In this document: piece after piece, positions 8,968 to 17,305 of the stretch | Position numbering within the stretch: position 1 is the stretch's first letter | How the letters are laid out: every line of letters begins with the position of its first letter | Virus record (IMG/VR): IMGVR_UViG_2925939204_000008 | Source of the DNA: a virus | Lineage: Duplodnaviria > Heunggongvirae > Uroviricota > Caudoviricetes | DNA: 20,678 nt | Direction: 5' to 3' (one strand) | Position numbers and translations under genes: made by a program | Notes under the pieces: model-generated | Seen by the model: only the letters and a program-made list of their open reading frames with translations | Told to the model about the DNA's origin: nothing | The model's database searches: none

Positions 8968-9246
8968 TCATTTATTCCATTCGTTTTGAATTTGATTCTC
9001 AACTGCTGGCAAAAGGTTATACCAGGAAGCAGAGTTATTCTTAGCATCAACAACAATCAACTTATCATCGCTATCCATCGCTGCCCGAACTTTTCTGGCA
9101 GCCTCTTCAACCGAATAATTCGAATTTACGTACCAGTTCGACTCGGTAACTTTTGCCCAGTTGCCCAAGGCCTTGATAGCATCATGCACAGCAGCATAAT
9201 CTTTGGTTTTGATCAAGTCATAGGTTACAAACAAGTTGTTAGCCAT
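8968..9246 (-). CDS. Hypothetical small protein (92 aa)
   Basis: ORF at the distal end of the minus-strand operon; N-terminal beta-strand-like LFVTYDL. Confidence 0.5.
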   Translation of the reverse strand: MANNLFVTYDLIKTKDYAAVHDAIKALGNWAKVTESNWYVNSNYSVEEAARKVRAAMDSDDKLIVVDAKNNSASWYNLLPAVENQIQNEWNK

Positions 9247-9304
9247 TTAATTCTCTCCAGACATTCAAATGAATAAGCACCGCTATGGGCACTTTGAGAT
9301 ATTT

Positions 9305-9433
9305 TTATTTCTTAGCTTTCTTGGTAGGGATTTTGATAGTTTCAGTTATCGTAGTATCAGGATGTCGTTTAGCTTCAATGGGCTTAACAAACTGACCAGT
9401 TATCGCAGAACGAACTACTGTTTTCTTAGCCAT
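9305..9433 (-). CDS. Small basic protein (42 aa), not in the ORF track
   Basis: ATG at 9433 preceded by GAGGTG with 5-nt spacing; translation MAKKTVVRSAITGQFVKPIEAKRHPDTTITETIKIPTKKAKK. Confidence 0.3.
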   Translation of the reverse strand: MAKKTVVRSAITGQFVKPIEAKRHPDTTITETIKIPTKKAKK

Positions 9434-9468
9434 AAAAACACCTCATCTTGGAGATAAAGAGTGAACTG

Positions 9469-9488
9469 CTTACCCTTTTAAGGGTAAG
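9469..9488. terminator. Perfect hairpin downstream of the 616-aa gene
   Basis: CTTACCC-TTTTAA-GGGTAAG inverted repeat; no U-tract, so terminator function is uncertain. Confidence 0.3.
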
Positions 9489-9584
9489 GGACAAACGAAG
9501 CGGCGTCAAAGAAAAACACCACATATACACATCCTTTACAAACCGAGCGCAATATGTGGTATTCCCATGTGATTTACATCACAA

Positions 9585-11435
9585 TCATCCCCCTGTGGAT
9601 GACTGACCGCTCAAGGCTGATAGCGTAAGGCTACGAGTGAATGAATCCGCACTCGCTTTTGCAGACCAGTCGATATAGTCAGACAATCGAGAAACATCAC
9701 TTTGCAGAGTCAATCCCACTTGTGGATTCACTTGTAGGTTGAATATCGGGTTCAACGTGTACGCTGGCGCGTTGCTGCTGTTGAGCGACATTGCCGAAGC
9801 ACGGAGATTTTCCCCTGAAAGGCTGTATTGATTAGTCGCTGTCCCTGCTTGCTGATTACCAACGCCCAACCAATCCATGATAGCCGGAGCCACTGAACGG
9901 GTATCAAACCCCGTTTTATCCTGAATCCAATCGGCCGTAGCATTCGCAGAGCCACCCACAGCACCATCATAAAGATTTTGAACAGCAGGTTTCTTAGTAT
10001 CGCTAAACCATTCAGGGTGTTGTTGGCGGAGAGTACTGTTAAGATCAGACACTACGCTGGAGATTTCTCCAACAAAGCCCGTCACCTGTTTAGCCAGGTC
10101 GCCTAATCCCTCTCCGAGCATACCAGCAGATTCTGTTATCACTTTGGTGTTCTTCACCAGGTCGTCACCACCATCAGCAAAGCCTTTCATAAAGCCTGTA
10201 AACATGCTGTTATCAACGCCATTCATGAGATTACCCATCGCTACACTCAGATCACCATATGCAAGAGTTTGCTTGATCTGCTCCTCGTTAAGAGTTTGAC
10301 CACTATCGACAAGCTGTTTCAGCGTCTTGTTATATTCTGCACCGTTGTTCATGAACATATCGGTGTAGTGCATCAGGTCATCACCTAAACTCTCTATAAG
10401 CGTACCAATCTGAGCCTGTGACATACCACGGCGTTGCCCTTCATTGGTAACTGCTTGAAGTAGATCAGCAGGACGATCCTGGAAGGATTTAATCTGTTCT
10501 TTGCCCCATCCAAACTTATTCATAATAGAAGTGATACCACCATCGCCGCCTTTCCATTCGCCATTTTTAAACTGGCTATCGTTCAGGGTCATAGCGATAC
10601 GTTCACGTACATCTTTGAAATTGTCCGTCACTTTATCGACATTGGCGCTATCAACTCCGTGTTGCTGCCCCCATGCCACCATCGTTTTAACTACGTTAGG
10701 ATTAGTCTTAACAAGTTCCGATTTTCTAACCAAGTCAAGATTTTCATTCCCTTTGTCAACAATTCGCTGCCCCACTCCGAGGGAGCCAGCCGTTAACGCA
10801 AGGCTTCCTAATACCCCACCACCGACGATAGGAGCATTCCCGCCCTTCTGAGCCTTTAGCTTAGTGGCTGCTGCGGCATACTGGGTACGCTGTGCCTGTG
10901 TCACTTTCGCTTGTTGTGCGGCTTCTCTGCGTAACAGGGTTACACGCTCGCGTATAAGCGCATTCATACGTTGAGAGCTAATATTCCCCTTCGCAAACTC
11001 TTCGCTTTGCTGATGAATATAACGTAACGCTTCATACTGAGATTTAGGATCAAGCCCGTATTTACCTTTAATTCCTGACACTTGTAGCCCTGCATGGCGA
11101 AGTTTAAGCTCGGCTGTCTCTTGGCGCTTCTGTAGCTGCTGCTTCGCTTTCAGATTGGCCTTTTCATCCCTGGCTTTCTGCTTCTCCGCCGCACGTTGGG
11201 CTTTCATTTCCTTCGTATCACGAGGCTTATCATTAAAACGTGCATCATCGGCTTGTTGACGGGCTTTCTGTCTGCGCTGCTTCAGATCCTGGAAGCGAAT
11301 CTTGGGATCGGCTATTTTCTGGAAGTGCTTTTGAAGGTTATCCGCTGCGGCCTTAGCCTCTGCAATACTCCCTTTGTCAACGGTGAAAGTTACGGTGTTG
11401 ACGATCTTACTTGTATTAATCTCAAGCATCGCCAC
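9585..11435 (-). CDS. Large structural-type protein, tape-measure-like (coiled-coil N-terminus, Gly-rich hydrophobic segments)
   Basis: 616 aa; K/R/Q/E-rich coiled-coil N-terminus then APIVGGGVLGSLALTAGSLGVG-type segments; GTG at 11435 or ATG at 11429 as start; function inferred from composition only. Confidence 0.4.
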   Translation of the reverse strand: MAMLEINTSKIVNTVTFTVDKGSIAEAKAAADNLQKHFQKIADPKIRFQDLKQRRQKARQQADDARFNDKPRDTKEMKAQRAAEKQKARDEKANLKAKQQLQKRQETAELKLRHAGLQVSGIKGKYGLDPKSQYEALRYIHQQSEEFAKGNISSQRMNALIRERVTLLRREAAQQAKVTQAQRTQYAAAATKLKAQKGGNAPIVGGGVLGSLALTAGSLGVGQRIVDKGNENLDLVRKSELVKTNPNVVKTMVAWGQQHGVDSANVDKVTDNFKDVRERIAMTLNDSQFKNGEWKGGDGGITSIMNKFGWGKEQIKSFQDRPADLLQAVTNEGQRRGMSQAQIGTLIESLGDDLMHYTDMFMNNGAEYNKTLKQLVDSGQTLNEEQIKQTLAYGDLSVAMGNLMNGVDNSMFTGFMKGFADGGDDLVKNTKVITESAGMLGEGLGDLAKQVTGFVGEISSVVSDLNSTLRQQHPEWFSDTKKPAVQNLYDGAVGGSANATADWIQDKTGFDTRSVAPAIMDWLGVGNQQAGTATNQYSLSGENLRASAMSLNSSNAPAYTLNPIFNLQVNPQVGLTLQSDVSRLSDYIDWSAKASADSFTRSLTLSALSGQSSTGG

Positions 11436-11619
11436 CGCCTTTTTTACTCACCAGATAATTAAGTGCATCTGATACACTACGCCCACGATGTAATAACTGA
11501 CGTAGATGACCGTGATCTATTTCAAGCACACGACACACTCCCGCCAGATTTAATAACTCTTCTGCTGTTTCAGCATTTACGGCGAGGTGAAGCCCCGCGC
11601 TTTTTACAATCACTTGCAT
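11422..11619 (-). CDS. Hypothetical small protein (65 aa)
   Basis: ATG with upstream GAGGAAAG; overlaps the start of the 616-aa gene by 14 nt. Confidence 0.45.
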   Translation of the reverse strand: MQVIVKSAGLHLAVNAETAEELLNLAGVCRVLEIDHGHLRQLLHRGRSVSDALNYLVSKKGGGDA

Positions 11620-11738
11620 TTATCTTTCCTCATTCTGGAAATAAAAAAGGGCGGGAACACTGGGGAGATGTTCCCAACGTTCACACGCCCTATTCAATAG
11701 CCTGATTATTTCCAGCGGGTCAGGCTCCCGCTTGCTCA

Positions 11739-12770
11739 TTAAGCAGTGATGGTGATCTTCACCTGCATACCTAACGCATGGTTCACTGGTAATGCGCTGT
11801 TTTCGTGCATAACGTGGTAAGCATCGCCGCGCTCGCTCAGGTAGCCCCAAGAGTAGTATTCAGCAGGTGCAGCATCGATCAGCGCAAAGTTACCAGAGGC
11901 AGCGCCGTAGATGTTCTGATAAGCATTTGTGCCTTTACTGAACACCGGAACCGCCACCATGTCAGCATCATCTGGCATCTGTGCAAGGATCAGCGGATCT
12001 GTCACTTTAACAATGTCGATAGGCGCACCAGGTAGGCTAAACGTACTAACACCAGGGAGAAGCTCGTGACGCTGGTAGAATAGGTTACGGTCGTCATATG
12101 GCGCTACATACTGGAACGCCTTAGACATACTGTCAGAGAAGCGAATCTGGCTAAATGCAGCAGGTTTAGCGAATACGATCACTCGTTCAATCTGTCCAGC
12201 CAATCCACCTGCGGCAGCCTGAACTTTGTCTAAGATCGCATCAAAATCCTGTGCCGCTGTCGCTGTGCTCACGCTGGCTGTCATTGGCACCACACCGAAC
12301 AGTTCAGCATAAGAGATCAGTAGGTCATCAGTTGCAGGCGTATAAACTTCACCTTTGAACAGAGCACGGGCCAGGTAAGACTCACGGGTACGCAGATAAG
12401 CAATCTTATGTTTGCCAGTGTATTCGGTGTACAGGTCGGTAACGGTTTGCTCGTAGTCCGTTCCCTGCACTCTGCGGCCTTGTACGTCTACAGGTTTAAA
12501 CTCATCTTCCCTTGCAAACCAAGGAATCTCGATAAGGTATTCTTTGCCATTCTGACGCGCGGTAGTGTCGTGGTTTGATGAATAACGGCTCTGCGGGGTG
12601 TTAAACAGGCTGTAGTTATCATCCAGAAGCTGTGTCACCACCACTTTCGGATTCTGAACACCTACCCCGTCGAATAGGTCGAGGGCATTCATAAGATAGT
12701 TACGTTCCGGCAGAGCCTGGAAGATTGGCGCTAAATCGACCATCTCACGCCCAATTGCGATTTTACTCAT
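11739..12770 (-). CDS. Putative major capsid protein (lambda gpE-like size and position)
   Basis: 343 aa (lambda gpE is 341 aa), directly downstream of a ~119-aa gene as in the lambda D-E pair; assignment from size, order and composition, not from confirmed similarity. Confidence 0.45.
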   Translation of the reverse strand: MSKIAIGREMVDLAPIFQALPERNYLMNALDLFDGVGVQNPKVVVTQLLDDNYSLFNTPQSRYSSNHDTTARQNGKEYLIEIPWFAREDEFKPVDVQGRRVQGTDYEQTVTDLYTEYTGKHKIAYLRTRESYLARALFKGEVYTPATDDLLISYAELFGVVPMTASVSTATAAQDFDAILDKVQAAAGGLAGQIERVIVFAKPAAFSQIRFSDSMSKAFQYVAPYDDRNLFYQRHELLPGVSTFSLPGAPIDIVKVTDPLILAQMPDDADMVAVPVFSKGTNAYQNIYGAASGNFALIDAAPAEYYSWGYLSERGDAYHVMHENSALPVNHALGMQVKITITA

Positions 12771-12786
12771 TATTTATCTTCCTTGA

Positions 12787-13146
12787 TTAAGAGGTGAAGA
12801 ATGGACGGCATACGAACCCTTTGGATTCGAGCGTGGTGATAGCTGCGGCGTGATTAGCTGCGTGCAGGTTGTCGGCTTTCAGTGCTACGAAGCTACCAAC
12901 ATTAGGCGCACGTAGGACATTCACGGTTTTACCGTCGCCAGCACTCACGAAATCACTTACCACCACAAAGGCATCATCGCCGGAGGTGTATAGAGCGCCA
13001 TCAGCGCCGATAACATCGCCGCATTCAATATCTGCTGGCAGGTCGAAAACACGGCCTTCTACGACTGCAAAAGAATCAGTGGCGTAGCTCAATACGTCAG
13101 TGAAACTCTTACGAATTGGGAAAAGTTCGGTTAGGTCTACAATCAT
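12787..13146 (-). CDS. Putative head decoration or small capsid-associated protein (gpD-like position)
   Basis: 119 aa, Gly/Ala/Val-rich, immediately upstream of the capsid-like gene. Confidence 0.3.
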   Translation of the reverse strand: MIVDLTELFPIRKSFTDVLSYATDSFAVVEGRVFDLPADIECGDVIGADGALYTSGDDAFVVVSDFVSAGDGKTVNVLRAPNVGSFVALKADNLHAANHAAAITTLESKGFVCRPFFTS

Positions 13147-13358
13147 TGTTGTTTGATTTCCTTGGATTTGATTGCGATCCGTTCCTGCATACTAAGTTGA
13201 GGTGTGTCCTCAGAAGGGAAATACTGGTCTACAGCTTTTTCTATTTCTTCAACGGTACATCCTGCCATTTCAGCCACTTTAGCTATTAACTCAGGATTAA
13301 CTTGAATCACTTCGGATTTGTATTTTAGGATTCGGTCGCGATTGTTTATTAAGAACAT
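13143..13358 (-). CDS. Hypothetical small protein (71 aa), first gene of the structural operon
   Basis: ATG at 13358 preceded by GAAGGAA; stop overlaps the next start (ATGA at 13143-13146). Confidence 0.45.
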   Translation of the reverse strand: MFLINNRDRILKYKSEVIQVNPELIAKVAEMAGCTVEEIEKAVDQYFPSEDTPQLSMQERIAIKSKEIKQQ

Positions 13359-13433
13359 TGTGTTGTTCCTTCGCGTTATAACTGCGTTTATCCTTCCATT
13401 GATAACGGAAGTGTTACATGCAGATTGTTAAAA

Positions 13434-13451
13434 AGGGGCGATTAAGCCCCT
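13434..13451 (-). terminator. Intrinsic terminator on the minus strand between the regulatory and structural operons
   Basis: Minus-strand RNA AGGGGC-UUAAUC-GCCCCU followed by UUUU. Confidence 0.45.
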
Positions 13452-14024
13452 GGAGAATATGCCCTTGTTAGAAAGCATTCTGTTAAAATCATTTTCGTTT
13501 CGGAGGATTATGATGTTAAAGAATGGCTTCTTGAAAAAATGAAGGGCGCAACTGTTACGAATAACAGAAGTAGGATCGCCCGTCATTGCTCCCACTTCAA
13601 AACAGAAGCCCTTCTGTCATGGCGAGAAGTGGGAATGGAATCTCAATATCACCACTGGAATAGTAATAAGAGATTGCCAGCCTGAACGTAACTACCGCTG
13701 ACGGCGTTTATTCAGTCTGACTACATTCATCCTAACGGAATGAATGAGCAAAGAGCGAATGCCCTTTCTGAAAAAGTCGGAGATGCGCGGTGATTGCGAT
13801 GCAATACCAACACAACGAGATATTACATCCCGCGCATTCCTTCGGAACAAACAAGACAAAGAACCAACACTTTCAGAAATAGCATTCAGAGGGAGAGAAT
13901 GCCGCTATGGGAACGGCATTCTCAAGGAGTGCGTATTGACATACGAGGGTGAAGTGATTCGAATACTTACCCTATAACTCATTATGACACATATAGCACA
14001 TAATGTCAAGACATTTAGTAACTT

Positions 14025-14363
14025 TTATGTTATGGCGCATTCTTCCGCGATCTGGATGGAAAGCTCTCCGAGTTCAACGGTGATGTATTGCAGAGAGCAA
14101 GCAAGCTCCTCAAGGTCATTAGCTACACGCCACGCTTCTTCTGGTGTGATCGAACTGCCGTCACGCTGCACCAAACGAGCTACAGACGTTTGCAGATGTT
14201 CAAGGGCAGTGATTGCCTGTTCAGTGTATTGCACCGCTTCCAGAAGCGCGGAGGGCGTTCTCTCACGCCACGCTGCATTAACAAGCTGTAAGGTTGGTAA
14301 ATGCCAGTTGTCGTGGAAAGAGTTAATTAGGGTGTTCACTGTGTCCATAGTTTTATTATTCAT
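14025..14363 (-). CDS. Hypothetical protein (112 aa from the ATG at 14363)
   Basis: ORF track gives 14025..14459; the ATG at 14363 overlaps the upstream stop (14356-14358) and is the likelier start. Confidence 0.45.
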   Translation of the reverse strand: MNNKTMDTVNTLINSFHDNWHLPTLQLVNAAWRERTPSALLEAVQYTEQAITALEHLQTSVARLVQRDGSSITPEEAWRVANDLEELACSLQYITVELGELSIQIAEECAIT

Positions 14364-14739
14364 TGTTTTCCTTGTCGTCAAAGAGAATATCAAACTCTTG
14401 TGTGTGCTGGGATAGCCCCCAGGTTTGACAATACCCAATATAATCGGCGTAATGTTCAAATCCTGCTATTTGCCATTTCTTGAGATGGCTACTATCTATA
14501 ATATATTCGCGTCTGCGTCGTGGTTTGTAATAAACGTTATCCGTTGACGATAGAACATCCTGCAATAGTTCAAACTCTAATCCATTTGGTACTACTGCGG
14601 GATATTCTTTAATAGTTGTCACCATCTCACCAGGAATAGACTCTCGTGCGAGGTCTTGTAGAGAAGAGGTGTATTTACGTTTGCTGATGCGTGTGGCTTT
14701 TTCGATTCTAACAAGGTTACTTCGTTCTTTTCGTCCCAT
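14356..14739 (-). CDS. Hypothetical protein (127 aa)
   Basis: ORF in operon context; basic N-terminus; no recognisable motif. Confidence 0.45.
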   Translation of the reverse strand: MGRKERSNLVRIEKATRISKRKYTSSLQDLARESIPGEMVTTIKEYPAVVPNGLEFELLQDVLSSTDNVYYKPRRRREYIIDSSHLKKWQIAGFEHYADYIGYCQTWGLSQHTQEFDILFDDKENNE

Positions 14740-14843
14740 TCATTCCTCGTAGAGGGGAAACTCCTTGTCTGGTTATAACGTAAACGCCATAGAATATGGT
14801 GAACCACCATAAAGCAGTAATCATAAAAGTTTCCCGATTGTTG

Positions 14844-15305
14844 TTATTTAGTCGTAAGTGTAATGTCGCATCCTTTACCGCGACCAGGTTTGATTAACGT
14901 AGTAGTTAGATAATCATTGCGGCGAAGCTTGCGAATCGCACTGGATACAGTTGCCACACTTATCCCCAACACTATCGCTATTGACTCCTGTTTCACATTT
15001 GTTAATGATGGCAGTGATTCGAGGTGCATTAATACCAGACGTTCCGAAGGAGACAGATTCTTATCGTGAAGATGTGGGGATGTCATTTTACATTCTATCT
15101 CTTTCGGTGGCTTCATCGCTGCATTGAATAGCGTAACAAGAGCATTAGCGTAACTTGATTCACCTCGCTCAGCGTAAACATCTACAAGTTCTTGCGCTTG
15201 TTCGAATGCAACACCTCTTTCAACTTCTGGATTTAATAAACTGGCAAGATGGATGATGTTAAGATCACGTTCGTTGTATTGTTTGGGTATAACCGTTTTC
15301 AGCAT
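14844..15305 (-). CDS. Winged-helix (MarR-like) DNA-binding protein
   Basis: C-terminal wHTH-like LSPSERLVLMHLESLPSLTNVKQESIAIVLGISVATVSSAIRKL. Confidence 0.5.
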   Translation of the reverse strand: MLKTVIPKQYNERDLNIIHLASLLNPEVERGVAFEQAQELVDVYAERGESSYANALVTLFNAAMKPPKEIECKMTSPHLHDKNLSPSERLVLMHLESLPSLTNVKQESIAIVLGISVATVSSAIRKLRRNDYLTTTLIKPGRGKGCDITLTTK

Positions 15306-16039
15306 AAATGTTCTATTTCCTCGTAGATTGGTTTAAGTTTTGGATTCTTCTCTGTGTCCAGGTATCCGTTAATAAGTAGCCATCTGATTTTCGGATGTTG
15401 TGAAACTGGTAGATTCTTTTCAGGATTCTCCCATTCATCCCGATAACCCTCAAGAAAGTTTAAATTAACTGGCTCTATCTTAATATCTTTAGCTGGAATG
15501 GAGGCGGGTTTCTTCGTAGGCATTTTCTTTGGCTTCTCCGGCTTCGGATCTGCTTTGGCCTCTTCTGGCACTGACTGCTGTTTTTCTTCCTCTGGCGCTA
15601 CGTCTTCTTTAGCTTTGCCAAACACGGGATGTTTCAGACAATCTACCCATTCCGGCGCGGAATCACGTTCCATCGCATTACGATCACGTTCAAAGGTGAA
15701 GTTTTGCGGCGTGAGTGGCGTTATAGTCCATTGGTTAGAGCGCTTTGGCTTATTACTGGCGATCAGTCCGATTTTCTTCAACTTTGCAACAATACGTGTT
15801 GCCGTAGCCGAGCTGACACCAATACTTGCACCAAGTTGATCAATGTCATCGTAATAAGTACCGCCCAACTCTATCGCAAAGCGATAATAACGATGGCGCA
15901 TTCTGACGTAAAACTGCTTATCAGCAGGAGACAGGGACTCTGTTACGCCTGTTTTAAGATTGGTGATCCTGGTGCATTCGTTAAATGCGTCTTCGGTGTT
16001 GGTGAAACTAAAAGCCTTACTGTTTATAATGTCAGTCAT
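15299..16039 (-). CDS. DNA-binding protein with lambda O-like architecture (N-terminal wHTH, K/P/E-rich linker, C-terminal domain); possible replication initiator
   Basis: SPADKQFYVRMRHRYYRFAIELGG...GVSSATATRIVAKLKKIGLI resembles the replication protein O N-domain by recall; long low-complexity linker. Confidence 0.4.
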   Translation of the reverse strand: MTDIINSKAFSFTNTEDAFNECTRITNLKTGVTESLSPADKQFYVRMRHRYYRFAIELGGTYYDDIDQLGASIGVSSATATRIVAKLKKIGLIASNKPKRSNQWTITPLTPQNFTFERDRNAMERDSAPEWVDCLKHPVFGKAKEDVAPEEEKQQSVPEEAKADPKPEKPKKMPTKKPASIPAKDIKIEPVNLNFLEGYRDEWENPEKNLPVSQHPKIRWLLINGYLDTEKNPKLKPIYEEIEHLC

Positions 16040-16053
16040 GTTAGGGTGTATCC

Positions 16054-16230
16054 TTATTTGGTAGAACGTTCTCCGTTCTTAATTGATGTGGAAAGTGTGG
16101 TTGCAGCGTCAATTAACATCTCCTGCACTGTTACGCCTCTCGCTCGCGCCTCTTTGAACAAAGTACTAAACACTTCATCCGGCAGTTTTACGAATGTTCC
16201 GGCTGGTTTCTTCTTCTGGATTTCGCTCAT
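16054..16230 (-). CDS. Ribbon-helix-helix (Arc/CopG-like) DNA-binding protein, 58 aa, not in the ORF track
   Basis: ATG at 16230 preceded by AAGGAG; MSEIQKKKPAGTFVKLPDEVFSTLFKEARARGVTVQEMLIDAATTL has a beta-strand then two helices as in RHH repressors. Confidence 0.5.
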   Translation of the reverse strand: MSEIQKKKPAGTFVKLPDEVFSTLFKEARARGVTVQEMLIDAATTLSTSIKNGERSTK

Positions 16231-16248
16231 TTGGTTTCTCCTTCTGGT

Positions 16249-16497
16249 TTATTCGTTGGTGGTGGTTTCAGCCTGTTCAGCTTTCCATTGATCGTAAAGT
16301 TCGATTCCTTTACGCAATCTTTCAGCGTGTTCGAAATATCCTTGCCGTTGTGCGGCTGCTCGCTGGCTGTTTATTGCATTTCGCGTCTGGCTTCCGGCCT
16401 TTAAAGCCTCGAAGACAAGTTCTGGATTAAAATACTTAATTTTGGTTCTCCTTGCGTTAGAAACACAGAAACACCATCCAGGGAGAACGTTAATCAC
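16249..16497 (-). CDS. Hypothetical protein, first ORF of the regulatory operon (start uncertain)
   Basis: ORF track uses a GTG start at 16497; an ATT codon with AAGGAG 7 nt upstream is an alternative. Confidence 0.35.
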   Translation of the reverse strand: MINVLPGWCFCVSNARRTKIKYFNPELVFEALKAGSQTRNAINSQRAAAQRQGYFEHAERLRKGIELYDQWKAEQAETTTNE

Positions 16498-16592
16498 GTT
16501 GCCTGATAGTGCGGTGTAAGTTGGATTGTTTGCGTTAGGCTGGATGCCTGAGATGAGGACGGGATGAATGCTTTCATTACCCTACATCATTT

Positions 16593-16672
16593 ACTTTAAC
16601 ATGAAATGATTTAAGTGTCAACACTTATTTAAATCCCTTTCAAATTATAGCGCATTTCCACGTTGTGATCAA
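16593..16672 (-). promoter_or_regulatory. Two tandem sigma70-like promoters directed into the minus-strand regulatory operon
   Basis: TTGATC (16667-16672) 17 nt TATAAT (16644-16649), and TTGACA (16616-16621) 17 nt TAAAGT (16593-16598), read on the minus strand. Confidence 0.4.
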
Positions 16673-17223
16673 CTCATTCATGTCATCATAAAACGCGGTC
16701 TATCGCTTTCTAACAGGTTTGAAAGCCTGAGAGTTGCAATCCCCTCCCTATCCTCTCAAATTCGCTCTCAGCGCGTCTGGGGCGTTCCGTTTGCGTTACC
16801 GCCGCCCTCTGGCACTTACTCCCGAAACCAATAGCACAACTACTGAGGGATAACGTTAGTTATCAGGATAGTAGGTGATGGTATTGGATTGAGGCTGGAT
16901 GAACTGGAGCCATCAGCGACCAGTGAATCCTTAGCCGTGGGCTAACTTTGCATGGATGAATGCGGAGCATGGAAGACAGGCAGAAGTTATGCTGAAAGAC
17001 ATTGCGCACACGGCGCATAGCTTCTGTGCCTCGTTTCACGAGGGCGAAGCCCTGGCACAATCACAGACAGATGCGCTACGCTGCGTCGTGAGCGGCTGAC
17101 CGAGTAGCCCCCAAAGGCGAATCAGGTCACTTGCCAGGCGATACGCGCCAGCAAAGCGAATCTTTAACAAGATCTTCTAAAAGCTCTCTTTTAGAGATCG
17201 CTTTTAGAATCTCTTTGTATAGA

Positions 17224-17305
17224 ACATCAATTTGATGTGTAGTTTGCCGATCCATACATCAATTTGATGCGTATCCCATGCATCTATACATCATTTTGAT
17301 GTATA
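17224..17305. repeat. Three 18-bp direct repeats at exactly 32-bp spacing, each with an internal palindrome ACATCAA(t)TTGATGT
   Basis: ACATCAATTTGATGTGTA (17224-17241), ACATCAATTTGATGCGTA (17256-17273), ACATCATTTTGATGTATA (17288-17305). Confidence 0.8.

Noticed and set aside
8189-9457. ORFs 8189..8410 (+), 8986..9276 (+) and 9269..9457 (+)
   Set aside because: The first is an internal alternative frame of int2; the others are antisense to the 92-aa and 42-aa minus-strand genes and lack RBSs.
9752-12035. ORFs 9752..9970 (-), 10501..10851 (+), 11196..11462 (+), 11463..11705 (+), 11620..11850 (-) and 11805..12035 (+)
   Set aside because: Alternative-frame or antisense ORFs within the 616-aa and capsid-like genes, or spanning their short intergenic region.
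13744-13977. Plus-strand 77-aa ORF in the inter-operon gap
   Set aside because: Weak RBS and no recognisable features; kept out of the gene list but not excluded as a small gene.
13984-16430. Plus-strand ORFs 13984..14415, 14088..14291, 15498..15839, 15629..16291 and 16194..16430, and minus ORF 14619..14810
   Set aside because: Antisense or out of frame relative to the tightly coupled minus-strand operon; Cys/Ser/Phe-rich shadow composition.
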